DNA of 64,000 nucleotides, from contig NC_081366.1 of NCBI RefSeq assembly GCF_030684315.1, positions 45,980,078 through 46,044,077 of the forward strand. The letters are read 5' to 3'. Origin of the DNA: Stegostoma tigrinum. Its lineage: Eukaryota. Of the stretch, positions 23,997 through 35,259 are shown one piece after another. The notes below the pieces were generated by a model that saw only the letters and a program-made list of their open reading frames with translations, had not been told where the DNA came from and searched no databases. Positions within the stretch are counted from its first letter, which is position 1. Each line of letters opens with the position of its first letter. The position numbers and the translations under genes were made by a program.

Positions 23997-24128
23997 ACAG
24001 TTTTGAGGAAGGGTCACCGGACCCGAAACATTAACTCTTTCTCCTCCACAGATGTTGCCAGACCTGCTGAGCTTTTCCAACTTTGTTTTTGTTCCTGATT
24101 TACAGCATCCACAATTCTTTTGGTTTTT
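23997..24128 (+). mobile_element. Solo PLE family-B 3' end (mutated hammerhead)
   Basis: cagtt-TTGAGGA-agggtcaccggaccc-GAAAC-ATT-aact: stem I agtt/aact, core C3>U and GUU>AUU. Confidence 0.8.
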
Positions 24129-25447
24129 AAAATACAAAATCAATCCGTTACCTCGGCTATGTTCCAATCATTTGTATTCTGATTGTGTGGTGTTACAGTA
24201 AGCGCCCTATTTTCTGCAAATTGCCTGTTTCATCTAACAAAAACCTCCACTGTCTTGTTCTCCCTTAATACCACTGCTTCATGTCAGTCTAAATTATTTG
24301 CTCAAATCTTGCATCATATCCAGGCAATGCAGACTGTGCAGAATTGGGGAACTAAACTGATGGCTAAATTCAGACGTTAAGTTATGAAGTGGTGTTGAAG
24401 TCTGTGGAGTTGCTTATTTTGTCTGAAATGATTAGATTAAGTTTTAATCAAGATTGCTAAGGAACAGAAAATTGGATAATACTGCATATTTAAAATTGAC
24501 ATAAATTTCAGACTGAAGCATTTAGATTTAACTACCCGATATAGAATGTGGAATTGTGGGGCAGATGTTCTTTTTCTCGAGTACTGGGCCTGAAGGCAGG
24601 TCCTTTAGGGTTATTTCCTGAATCATAGCTAAATGCTGTAGTATTTTAGTACAGGTGGGGTGGGGAAATAGGCCTCAAGTCAACTTCCACCAGAACAGGG
24701 ATTCAACATTGTGCTGTTGGTACTAATCTGATTTTGACATGCCAGCAGCCTAGTTATCCAGGGCCCTTAGAAACATTAGAACTAGAAGCAGGAGTAGGTC
24801 ATTTGGCTCCTCAAGCCAACTCCACCATTTAAAACAATCATGGATAATCTAATTTCAGCCTCAACTTCACTTTCCTGCCTGTTTTCCATGATCCTTCAAC
24901 CCATTAATAATTTGTTTTGCTCCTCCATAAATTTACCCAATGCTCCAGAAAACACCACACTCTGTGGTAATGAATTCCATGGATTTACGACCATTCAAGA
25001 GAAGGAATTTCTGTCCTCTTTAAAATTACCTACCCCTTACCCTAAAACTGGCCTCTTGTTCTAGATTGCTGCACAAGAGCGTGCATCATCTCCACATCAA
25101 CTTTGTCAATCCCCTTTAGTGTCTTGTATATCTCAATTAAAGACAAATGTTGTGGGGGAAATATAGTAACGAAAAAAGATATTTGTGCACAGAATTGACG
25201 TAGCTTTGCAACAGGCTGTTTAAATTTCAGCACTGCCTGGTGCTGTACATTCTTGCCATGATTAATAAAATGTTCACTCTTACAAATATGATAAATTATC
25301 CTGTTGTAATGCTAATTTGCAGTAATTGCCAAATTATTTTGTTGGAATGTCCGAGATAATATTCTTTTGTGACAAGTCACACGGGTGTTGACAAGCATTT
25401 GTTTAATAATTGAGAAAAAAATGTCTAATTCAATTTTTTTTATGAAG

Positions 25448-25556
25448 TGCACAGATGAGAAAAGTATGGGACGACAAGAAATCAGTTGCTCAGAATCTAG
25501 CTGACATGGGTTTGGCATCTGACCCAAACTGTGCAGTTCCCATTAAGAAGAACAAG
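25448..25556 (+). CDS. NOP16: NOP16 exon 2
   Basis: T-rich tract + AAG acceptor; (C)AQMRKVWDDKKSVAQNLADMGLASDPNCAVPIKKNK; GT donor at 25557; 109 nt, phase 2 to 0. Confidence 0.93.
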
Positions 25557-28500
25557 GTGTGTACAACTGTGATTCTGTTTTAAAGCTAAGGACAATTATA
25601 CCATGAAATGCAGTGACAAAAATAGTCCATTCAACCTATCGTATCTGCTATCTAATATAGTATATTTATTGTTATGTGTAGTTATGAAAATACAGTAAAC
25701 ACATTATCTGTATCCCTCTGCAGACTGTCTATCGTCCTCAGCACTTCCACTCATTTATTTGTGTTATCTGCAAACTTGGCAATAATACATTCACTTTCTT
25801 TATCCAAGTCATTGTTATGTATTGTAAATAATTGTGACCACAGCACTAATCCCCATGGAACCCTGCTAGTTACAGGTTGCCATCCTGAAAATGCCCCAAT
25901 GCCATCTATCCGTGCTCATACTCTACCTCCAACACCATGCGCTCTTGTGTTATTAAATAAACTAATCAAACGCCTTCTGGAAGTCCAAATATATTATATC
26001 CACTGCTTCTCCTTTATCTATCTTACTTAAAAAAAATTCTAAGTTGTTAAACATGATTTCTCCTTAGTAAAGGTATTCTGACTCTGCTGTTATATATTTC
26101 TAAATGCTCTGCCATTACATCCTTTCATTGTGACATGGAGACAGACAACCAAAGCACATTAGTCTATAGAGATTGTAGGAGAAAGGTCTAGACCCCAAAC
26201 ATCAGCTTTCCTGCTCCTCTGATGCTGCTTGGCCTACTGTGTTTATCTGGCTCGACACCTTGTTATCTGACATCAGACTACCCCTGTATTTGCAACATAG
26301 TAAAATTGAGACTTTCAAAGACCCTCAGAATTGACCCCAACGGTTCCTAATCAGACTTTTGAATAACTAATTTGATACTTTGCAAATAAACAATTCCAGC
26401 CACTTGTTTGTATCTCAAACAAAAAAGGTAGCAATTTATTAACAATAATAGTAACTTCAAGCAACAAAGTAGTCTAACTGGTCTAACCTACAGATTCAAA
26501 AACATTTATCTTTTGTGTGAATGGTGCTGAAAACAGACAAACAACAGTTAAGAGATAAAAGAAACCAACAAACCTGGCAAGATTACTTCAATGGCTTTCA
26601 CGATGCATTGTTCCACAGGCACTAATGATGGTTACTCGGTTGAATTTTCTGAAGATGTAGGTCAGGGTCACCTTGAATAGTTCACTCAAAAAAGATAGTA
26701 ATACAGTACTTATGACTTAATTTTCTATTCTGAGCTTCCAAGAACTGCAAATGAGAGGCTAAGCAGGGAGTTTCAAATCTCGTGCTGTAAGCATCAGCAG
26801 CAAAATTTATTTTTCCCTGAAAGTACAAAATCCAAAAATTGAAAACCCCCCAATTCACACTCCAACCACTTCAACAGACTGATCATCTCCTCCAAGATGT
26901 CCCAGTTAACATTTAACATGTGCCATCTTCTTGGCAATAACGTCTTTTCTAGACTTGCTGGGACCAAATGTACTGACCTCATTGCTAGCTACATTCTGCT
27001 ATCTGTTTGAACATAATGCTCTTCCCTGGTGATGGTGTCTTCTGAACCTTTTGACAGGGACCAACCTGCAATTAACTTCCAGGCCTGGCCTCACAAATAA
27101 ACAAAAGCTCGATTTGGTCTGTTTTCCTTCTATCATATGCTGCTGCCCACAGTCCAAAATCTTTAGCTTTATCTTTAGCTCATAGTTCCAAACTAAAACT
27201 GATAAAAGAATAAAATAAATGAAAAATCAGTGCGGGTTCTAACATGCCTCCATCCTTTCTGTAAAAAAGGAATTCCATGACAAGGTTAGTAATACTTAAA
27301 TAACAAACAAAACTCAGCTATTCATTCTTGCTCCCCCCAGAATCTTAATCACTATTCAACTTCCTTGATCATATCCTCAAATTTACAACAGTTTAGGACA
27401 AGTTATCAGCAATTGCATTTCTTTCGTGGAAATATGTATAAGTTTTATGTTAAAATGCTGCAGATCTAAGCTCCATCTGAACAATCTTAGAGTCTTAAAT
27501 TTTTTAATTTATCAGTAAAAGTCAGTGGATTGTGAATTGTAAACGCCATAGTTTCAAAGCTCCCATGTAGAGCATAAACTTTGAAACGTTAAAGAGCTTC
27601 TATCATAGCTAGTGCTTCCTTTAAAATACCACGTCCAAGACGATTTCCAACCTTTTTCAAAAGTTAGCTATGGGCTTCTCCATTCCAGCCTCGTCATCCT
27701 GTAAGAGAACTGCTTCATTCCCCAAATTGCTAACATCTACTGCTAATTTAAATAGTTTGTCAGAGTCAGGTGCAGCTAACACACATTCATTTGTTAAAAT
27801 TGTTTTTAACTTTTCGAAAGCTTTCTGGTCACATCATTTTACATTTTTTTTGAAGCAAATTAGTCATTATTGTACTAAAATTCAGTACAAACTTCTGATA
27901 AAATCTCTACATTCCCAAGAACCATATTATCTTGCATTTTATTTGTCAATTAAGAAAGTCAGTTAAGGCTTTTACTTTTGCCATTTTGGGTGACGCCTGC
28001 CCATGTCGTACAACACGTCCTACAGTATATCGCCTTGGCTTTTAGTAATTCACCTTTTGCTAGATCTAACATCAACTCGGCTGACTTCTATATTACTTCC
28101 GTGTGGTACTAAGTACTATGATGCGATACAAGTAAACTGAACAATGAAGTACTTCAACCATAACAGATTTCATTAATCTTTGTAGTATGGCTGGGGCATT
28201 CTTAAATACAAATGGCATAACCCAACGTTGTACAATCCATTAGAAATGACAAATGTGGTAATTTCCTGAGCTGTCTTTTACAGTACTTGCCAATGTCTTT
28301 CAGCAAATCAATTTTAGATCAGAAAGGTGCGATATAAATCCTATCAATGCAATCCCTAGTATGGGAATAGGTTATGAATTCACTTTTGTGACTGCATTCA
28401 CTTTCCTGTAATATACATACAATCGAAGTGAACCATCTGATTTAGAAACCAATATTATGGGAGAACTTCAATTACTCTGGCTTGGTTCAATCAATTGATT

Positions 28501-28604
28501 CTCCAATATGTATTGAGTTTCCTTTATTACTTTTTTGGGATTTTGTGGGTTTAACCAAAATGGTTTTTATTTTATTGTGTCTGAACTATGAATATTGATG
28601 TTCA

Positions 28605-29790
28605 AGATAACCAAGTGTGAAGCTGGATGAACACAGCAGGCCAAGCAGCATCTCAGGAGCACAAAAGCTGACGTTTCGGGCCTAGACCCTTCATCAGAGA
28701 GGGGGATGGGAAGAGGCAACTGGAAAAAATAGGGAGAGAGGGGAGGCGGACCGAAGATGGAGAGAAAAGAAGATAGGTAGAGAGGAGAGAGGTCAGTCCA
28801 GGGAAGACGGACAGGTCAAGGAGGCAGGATGAGGTGGTAGGTAGGAAATGGAGGTGCGGCTTGAGGTGGGAGGAAGGGATGGGTGAGAGGAAGAACAGGT
28901 TAGGGAAGCAGTGACAGGCTGGGCTGGTTCTGGGATGCAGTGGGGGCAGGGGACGAGCTGGGCTGGTTTTGGGATGCAGTAGGGGAAGGGGAGATTTTGA
29001 AGCTTGTGAAATCCATGTTGATACCATTGGGCTGCAGGGTTGCCCCGGTGTGGCTTCCTCTACATTGAGGAAACCAAGCGGAGGCTTGGGGACTGCTTTG
29101 CAGAACACCTCCGCTCGGTTCGCAACAAACAACTGCACCACCCGGTCGTGAACCATTTCAACTCTCTCTCCCCCCCCCCCCCCCCCCCCCCCCCCCCATT
29201 CCTCAGACGATATGTCCATCATGGGCCTCCTGCAGCGCCACAATGATGCCACCCGAAGGTTGCAGGAACAGCAACTCATATTCCGCTTGGGAACCCTACA
29301 GCCTAATGGTATCAATGTGGACTTCACAAGCTTCAAAATCTCCCCTTCCCCCACTGCATACCAAAACCAGCCCAGTTCTTCGTCTCCCCCCACTGCATCC
29401 CAAAACCAGCCCAGCCTGTCTTTGCGTCCCTAACCTGTTCTTCCTCTCACCCATCCCTTCCTCCCACCTCAAGCCGCACCTCCATTTCCTACCTACCACC
29501 TCATCCCGCCTCCTTGACCTGTCCATCTTCCCTGGACTGACCTATCCCCTCCCTACCTCCTCACCTATACTCTCCTCTCTACCTATCTTCTTTTCTCTCC
29601 ATCTTCGGTCCGCCTCCCCCTCTCTCCATTTATTTCAGTTCTCTCTTCCCATCCCCCTCTCTGAAGGGTCTAGGCCCAAAACGTCAGCTTTTGTGCTCCT
29701 GAGATGCTGCTTGGCCTGCTGTGTTCATCCAGCTCCACACTTTGTTATCTTGGATTCTCCAGCATCTGCAGTTCCCATTATCACTGATAC
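28605..29790. mobile_element. Penelope-like element (family A), inverted fold-back insertion, 14-bp TSD
   Basis: Left arm 28605-~29041 (-), right arm ~29043-29790 (+, GIY-YIG C-terminus CGFLYIEETKRRLGDCFAEH). AATATTGATGTTCA at 28591-28604 and 29791-29804; tail on the right arm only. Confidence 0.92.
28670..28697 (-). ncRNA. Minimal hammerhead ribozyme motif, intact core (antisense to NOP16)
   Basis: Minus strand CUGAUGA-A-GGGUCUAGGCCC-GAAAC-GUC. Confidence 0.75.
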
Positions 29791-32700
29791 AATATTGATG
29801 TTCAGTTCAGTTAATGTGATACGTCCAAGTGTATCCTTTGCAAATACAGTTGTATTTTCTGAGCAACCTACTGTATCTTTCAGTCTTTCTCCAGATACAA
29901 AAATACAGTGATTGAATTCTCTAATATCCAATCCTTGTAATCAAATAATCTATTCTTGGTAAATTATCTTTTCCTCCTTGGCTGTCATCCTTGTTTTACA
30001 CCCTCCTCTACCACCCTAACTACTTCACTCACCTGTACATTCTCTTCTTCTTCTCTACAATAGCTGAGTGGTGTCACTATCTGATGCACAACCAACCATT
30101 CTTCATCGGTAGGTCTATGAAGACAGCACTTTGTTCTTAAGACAAGAACACCTTCGGCTTCTAACTCATTATGAGCTGACTGAGCTATAATTCAGGATTT
30201 GTTTTCTGTGCTGCAATTGGGGACATAGTACCAAACACTCCACTTGGATTGTCTTCACTGTTTAGGAAGGTTTCAGCTATCCTTTCGCTTGCTTGTGATG
30301 TCACATCAACCCTTATTCACAGATTTTGTTTGACTCTGGTTACTGCACACGAAGGAAATATATCAGGAACCTGTTCCTGTAATTGTTCTGTTTCTTGTGC
30401 CTCCTTTGGGCATTCTGTGATTATGGATGAAGCTGCTACCTTTAGTCCTGCTAAATCATTACCCAGACGGAACACTTTTACTACTCCAAGAATTGTTTCT
30501 CCAGCTAAATCCTATTCCATTTGTACTGTACATCATGGAACTGGGATATATTTTTCACCAATCTTGTTTACTTAGCTCCCATTGAACTCCAGAGGGAAAA
30601 TCAAGTCTTTTTCCAACAGAAGTAATTGATTTGCCCATGTACCTCTTGGTATGGTTATAGGTTTAGCTACCACACCTGAAGAAAAAGGAGTCACCTTTTT
30701 TTTTCATCAAAAATCCTGCATACTTCTTATCTGTCGTACACATTTCTTTACGAATAACTGAATTTACCTCTGGCCTTTTCATTATAGTTAGAGCTAAAGC
30801 CTGGTCTGTGGTGTCTTTGTGTTCCTTTCTCCCTTCTCATTTTATTCCTTTAAGTCCTTCTTCACAATTTCCAAAATTCTGAACACATGGACCAACTTAT
30901 TACAGTAGAAACATTTAAGATTCTGAACTTCACCTCCACCCTCGGCAATTTCCTTATTATTCTGAAGAGGAGTTCTTGGGGCATGCCCTCTGTTCATTCT
31001 CTACCTGCCTTCCTTTCACTCTCTTTATCTTGTTTTATTCTTCTCAAATTTCTGGAAGGATGTGAAAAACAATGTTTCATGGTTTGGTTCATAATCTTCA
31101 GCCATTGTAGCAGCTTATTTTGCCGTTGGTACCCTTTGGTCTTCTACATGAGTTCTGATTATGAAAAGTAAGAAAATTCTGAATTCTTCAAAAAGAATAA
31201 TTTCTCTGAGAGCACAGTAGCTATTCTCATCCTTTAATGCTCTTGTCCAACCATCAAAATTCTTCCCTGGTGACAAATTGTCAGCAGAAACTTATCTGAA
31301 ATTAACTTCTGTGGTCTGTTTTCCTTTTAACACAAGCTGTTAAATATAGTCCAGAGAGTCATTTTTACCTCGCGGTTTTCAGTTTTCAGCTCCAAACCAA
31401 AATGGACAAAAGAATAAAGTTAAAATAATGAAAAATCAGTGAGGGCTCAAAGCTACATGATCTATAATTAATTTTGTAAACCTCTTCCCTTTCTAAATAA
31501 AGGTATTACATTAGCAGTTTTCAAATCCTTTGGGACTTCTCTACAATCTACAGACTAATGGAGGCCTACTGCCTGTGATACACCATCTCGGTAGTTCCTT
31601 CTTTGAATATGCTATCATGCATCCTATCAGGTTTGGAGGACTTACTGATCTTCAACCTGATTAGTTTCCACAGTACCTTTTAATCAGGTGATAATTATTG
31701 TGTTTGTTTCTCTCCCCTTTTTACCCTTTGATTATTTAATAATTTTGGAATGCTATTAGCATCTTCTACTTGAAGCTTAGTGCAAAATGTTTATTTAACT
31801 CTTCTGTCATTTCCACTTTCTTCATTATTATTTCGTCAGCCTCATTCTCTAAGCGGCCTATGTCTACTTTGGCCTGTCTCTTCCTTTTTATACATTTAAA
31901 GAAGCTCTTACCATCTTATCTGATTTACCTATTCATTGAAATACTCCTGATATCTTTGTAGTGCGCATAAAATGTGCACATCATGCCTTGATGACCTGTC
32001 TATGTAACCTACTTAGTGACTTATTACTTGTCCTTAAGATGAAAAAAGTCTTCTAAGCTACAATCTCCTGTTTATGTTGCTCATTTTTGAGTGCCTGACA
32101 CTTAGGGATTGGCTGGATGGCTGATTCACACTGCAGAATGACATCAACAACGAAGGATCAATTTTTGTACTGGCCGAAGTCATGAGGGCTTCACCTGCTC
32201 AACCTCTCCCTTGCCAGGGGTACGGTGACTATCAGGAAAAACTCACCACCAGTCATCATCTCTCTAAAGAAAATAATTTTTGTTCTCTGGGACCGTCATG
32301 ACTTACAAATTACTTTCCATAGTATGAAGATGGGAATAAAATTGTGACACTACTGCAAAACTAGAGGAGATGGTGAGAGATCTTTTTTAAAAGGTCAGTA
32401 AGAGGTTGAGGATCAGACTAGCCCAGGTTTTTAGTAAATGAATGTTGAAGTATTTCAGGGCAGTTACCACTCTTTCCTGGGGCTTACTACAATTTTCCCT
32501 TGGCCACCCCATGAAACAGCTATAGTACAAGTCCACTGGCAGCAGATTCACTGAGGAGCTGGGCCTTTCTGCTGTCAACATTTTATGCAGAATATATTTA
32601 TGATGTTGGTATGAGCAGCAGATAGAGAAATGTAGATCAGCCATATAGTGGTAGGCATGACCGTCAGAAGTTTGTATTTTTCTTTCTTTGAAGCTATCCT

Positions 32701-33006
32701 GTCAACTTTCAGGGGAAGATGATAAGCAGATAATCAAGGTAGTTTCCCTCATCTGTATTCCCAACAACTCTGCCACATTGTCGAAAGAATTGCAAAATGA
32801 GAACACTTTTTTTTAAACTAGCTTCTCCACTCCATGAGGACAGTTACACCAGCTCCACTTAAGGATAATGGAAATATCCCACTTTCTCTAGGCTTCAGTG
32901 ATTGTTGGTTGATTCATGAGTTACTTTTAACAGAAACAAAATAACTGCTTCTAATGCTATTCCATTCCATGTGAACAGCTAGTTTAGTGGATAATCTTGT
33001 TTCAAG

Positions 33007-33115
33007 GATAGGAGGAACTGCTGATGCTGGAGAATCTGAGATAACAAGGTGTGGAGCTGAATGCTCCTCTGCTGCTTGACCTGCCGTGTTCATCCAGCTC
33101 TACACCTTGTTATCT
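33007..33115. mobile_element. Miniature family-A-related fold-back remnant
   Basis: agataacaaggtgtggagctgaatg is inverted relative to catccagctctacaccttgttatct; tail on the left; ttagtggat(a/t)atct at 32984-32997 and 33115-33128. Confidence 0.65.
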
Positions 33116-33726
33116 TAGTGGATTATCTGTCATTTTTTTAAACTCCCCCAAGCCAGTGCATATCAGTGCACATGGAAGATTTGTTCTTTTCTCTTGCCAG
33201 CCCTTTGTTTGTGACATAACTGTTTTACGATATGAAATATTGGTTGACTGAAGCTGGATTGTGGCTTTACCTGGCTTGTACATGTTATGAGAGCTAAATC
33301 TTGGTGAAAGTCTTGTCTTTAAAGTGGTTCTATGGAAATGTCCTTCTAAGTGCAGCTAGGCAGACTTGCTTTTCAGTTTTTAAACTGTGATCCTCAGTTA
33401 GTGCTGACTTGGTTCAGTTACAAAAACTTCTGCCTCTGGGTTGATTGCAGTAATTAAGTAAAATTCAATCTGCTTTTCCTGCTGTCCAGCAATTGTGAGA
33501 AATGCTGATCTGTCGTTAAGATTTCAAACCAGGCCTCTACCTGCCAGTTGGGATGGCTCCTCAAGGACCCATGACACAGTTCAAGGAACCTGAGAACTCC
33601 TTTCACCTATCCAAAATTTATACATGAGTAGACATTGTCCAACACAAGTAACTAGTCATTCATCTCATTTGGTTTTGTGGATATTTTTTGTCTGCAAATT
33701 AGCGGTGACTTTCACCTATGTTAATG

Positions 33727-34507
33727 CAGGTATTTCTGCTATAACACATGCTTCGTTAACACGATTTGGCTGTAATGCGATTGAATGGTGGATATTGTTT
33801 GGATAATGCCAATGTTCTACTGTATAGTGTAGCGATTTTCCTATAACGTGATTTTCTATTCAATCAATCATAGAATCCCTATAGTGTGGAAACAGGTCCT
33901 TCGGCCCAACGAATCCACACTTATCCTCAGAGCATCCCACCCAGAACCATTCCCATATAACCCACCTAATCTACACATCCCTGAACACTATGGGCAATTT
34001 AGCAAGGCCAGTCCACCTAGCCTGCACATCTTTAGACTGTGGGAGGAAACCAGAGCGTCCAGAGGAAACCCACGCTGACACGGGGAGGTTGTGCAAATGC
34101 CACACACACAGTTGCCGAGGGTGGAATCGAACCCGGGTCCCTGGCTAGGTGAAGCAGCAGTACTGACCACTGAGCCACCGTGCCATCCAAAAATGCCATC
34201 TCTCTTGGAATGCGGGATGTTGGGGCCATATGTACATAGCAAGATCCCACCAAAAGCAATGCAAGAGTGACCTGTTTATGGGTGATACGGAATCAGTGTT
34301 AAATGCTGGTCAGGAAAGACCCTGGGGATATCTCCATTGTTCTTTAAACACAAACACCCCTGAAACATTCACATGCAGCTGAGAGGGCAGTTGCAGTCTC
34401 AGTTAGTAACATCTTGACTGAAATGCAGCCCCTCAGTACTCACCCCCCCAACAGTTTGCACGAGGTTGCACAAGAACACAACTATTGTGTTATAGGAGAA
34501 ATACCTG
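33727..34507. mobile_element. Non-autonomous Tc1/mariner (pogo/Tigger-like) MITE with nested SINEs
   Basis: 22-bp TIRs CAGGTATTTCT(G/C)CTATAACACA at 33727-33748 and 34486-34507; TA on the right flank, TG on the left. Confidence 0.7.
33861..34188 (-). mobile_element. tRNA-derived SINE (HE1/V-SINE-like), well preserved
   Basis: Minus-strand A box TGGCTCAGTGG and B box GGTTCGATTCC; CR1-like 3' tail ending in (TGAT)n. Confidence 0.85.
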
Positions 34508-34652
34508 TACTATCTAACTTGATCCCAATAACTTAAAACCTTGTGCTTGCTTATGTTTAAATCACAGTTTGTCCGATCTGAATTTTGTGAATCTGCATAT
34601 AGTGACATTGTGCAAGTTAATCTTAGTTGCCTCTGTTTCATTTGTTTTACAG

Positions 34653-34719
34653 CAGTATAAAATGAAAACAGCGTTGATAAATAGAAAACCAGTCGTTATT
34701 AAGCCATATGTAATCAATG
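34653..34719 (+). CDS. NOP16: NOP16 exon 3
   Basis: ttttacAG|CAG acceptor; QYKMKTALINRKPVVIKPYVIN-(E); donor G|GT at 34720; KPYV motif; phase 0 to 1. Confidence 0.85.
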
Positions 34720-34889
34720 GTTTGTATTCAGTCGTCATTTTAGATATCTTTATCAGTCCTACTGTATCCTCACTTTGTTTTCTGCATTTCTTTACTTTTG
34801 CAACTGTTCATCATTTCATCAGGGAGGTTGGGACTGTTTCTGTATGAATTAAAGGATACAACTAAAAGATGCAAGAACATATGTTTTAT

Positions 34890-35209
34890 GAGGTTGTAGA
34901 AATGCTCACTGAGCCGGTGGGTTTGGTTGCAAACATTTTGTCACCCTACTAGGTAACATCGTCCATGTGCCTCTGATGAAGTGTCAATGTTCTATCCCGC
35001 TTGTTATTTATATGCCTCGGTTCACTGGGGTCGTTGACATTACTTCCGGTTTTGTTTCTTAGTGGTTTGTACACAGGGTCTAATTCAGTTCAACCAGAAG
35101 TGCACTGACATTGTTACCAAGCAGGTGAGAAAGCATTTGCAATCAAACTCACTGGCTTGGTGAGCATGTCTACAACCTCACCCATAACTCAAGCTACAAA
35201 TCTTCTCAA
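34890..35209. mobile_element. Older PLE family-C fold-back retaining the endonuclease C-terminus
   Basis: Inverted arms (gaggttgtaga...gtcaccctactaggtaac vs gttaccaagcaggtga...tctacaacctc); same tail as 21913-21949. Minus-strand ELDPVYKPLRNKTGSNV. Imperfect TSD aacatatgttttat / aacatgtattttat. Confidence 0.75.
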
Positions 35210-35259
35210 AACATGTATTTTATAGTTTCCATATTTTAGTGGTGTTCATACGTGGACAT

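Larger units (their letters stand above)
26129..31456 (-). mobile_element. Degenerate Ty3/Gypsy LTR retrotransposon (Gmr1-like), inserted in a CR1 fragment and interrupted by PLEs
   Basis: 3' LTR ~27244-26129 (TG...CA) preceded by a polypurine tract at 27245-27260. Minus-strand remnants: SSPIILVSKSDGSLRL, RKVNAVTK, KIDLL, VMPFVFKNAP, VLAAPDSDKLFKLAVD, KEALA, HNPL, NAIADNLS; gag-like FDGWTRALK / LREIILFEEF at ~31180-31260. The LTR start recurs at ~31390-31455. Confidence 0.8.

Noticed and set aside
28653-29911. Long ORFs of 246 aa (-) and 222 aa (+) as host genes
   Set aside because: They read through PLE 3' UTR or antisense sequence across the inversion junction and have no recognisable domain.
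33861-34188. tRNA gene
   Set aside because: The A and B boxes belong to a SINE head followed by the SINE body and a LINE-like tail; three homologous copies occur in the window.
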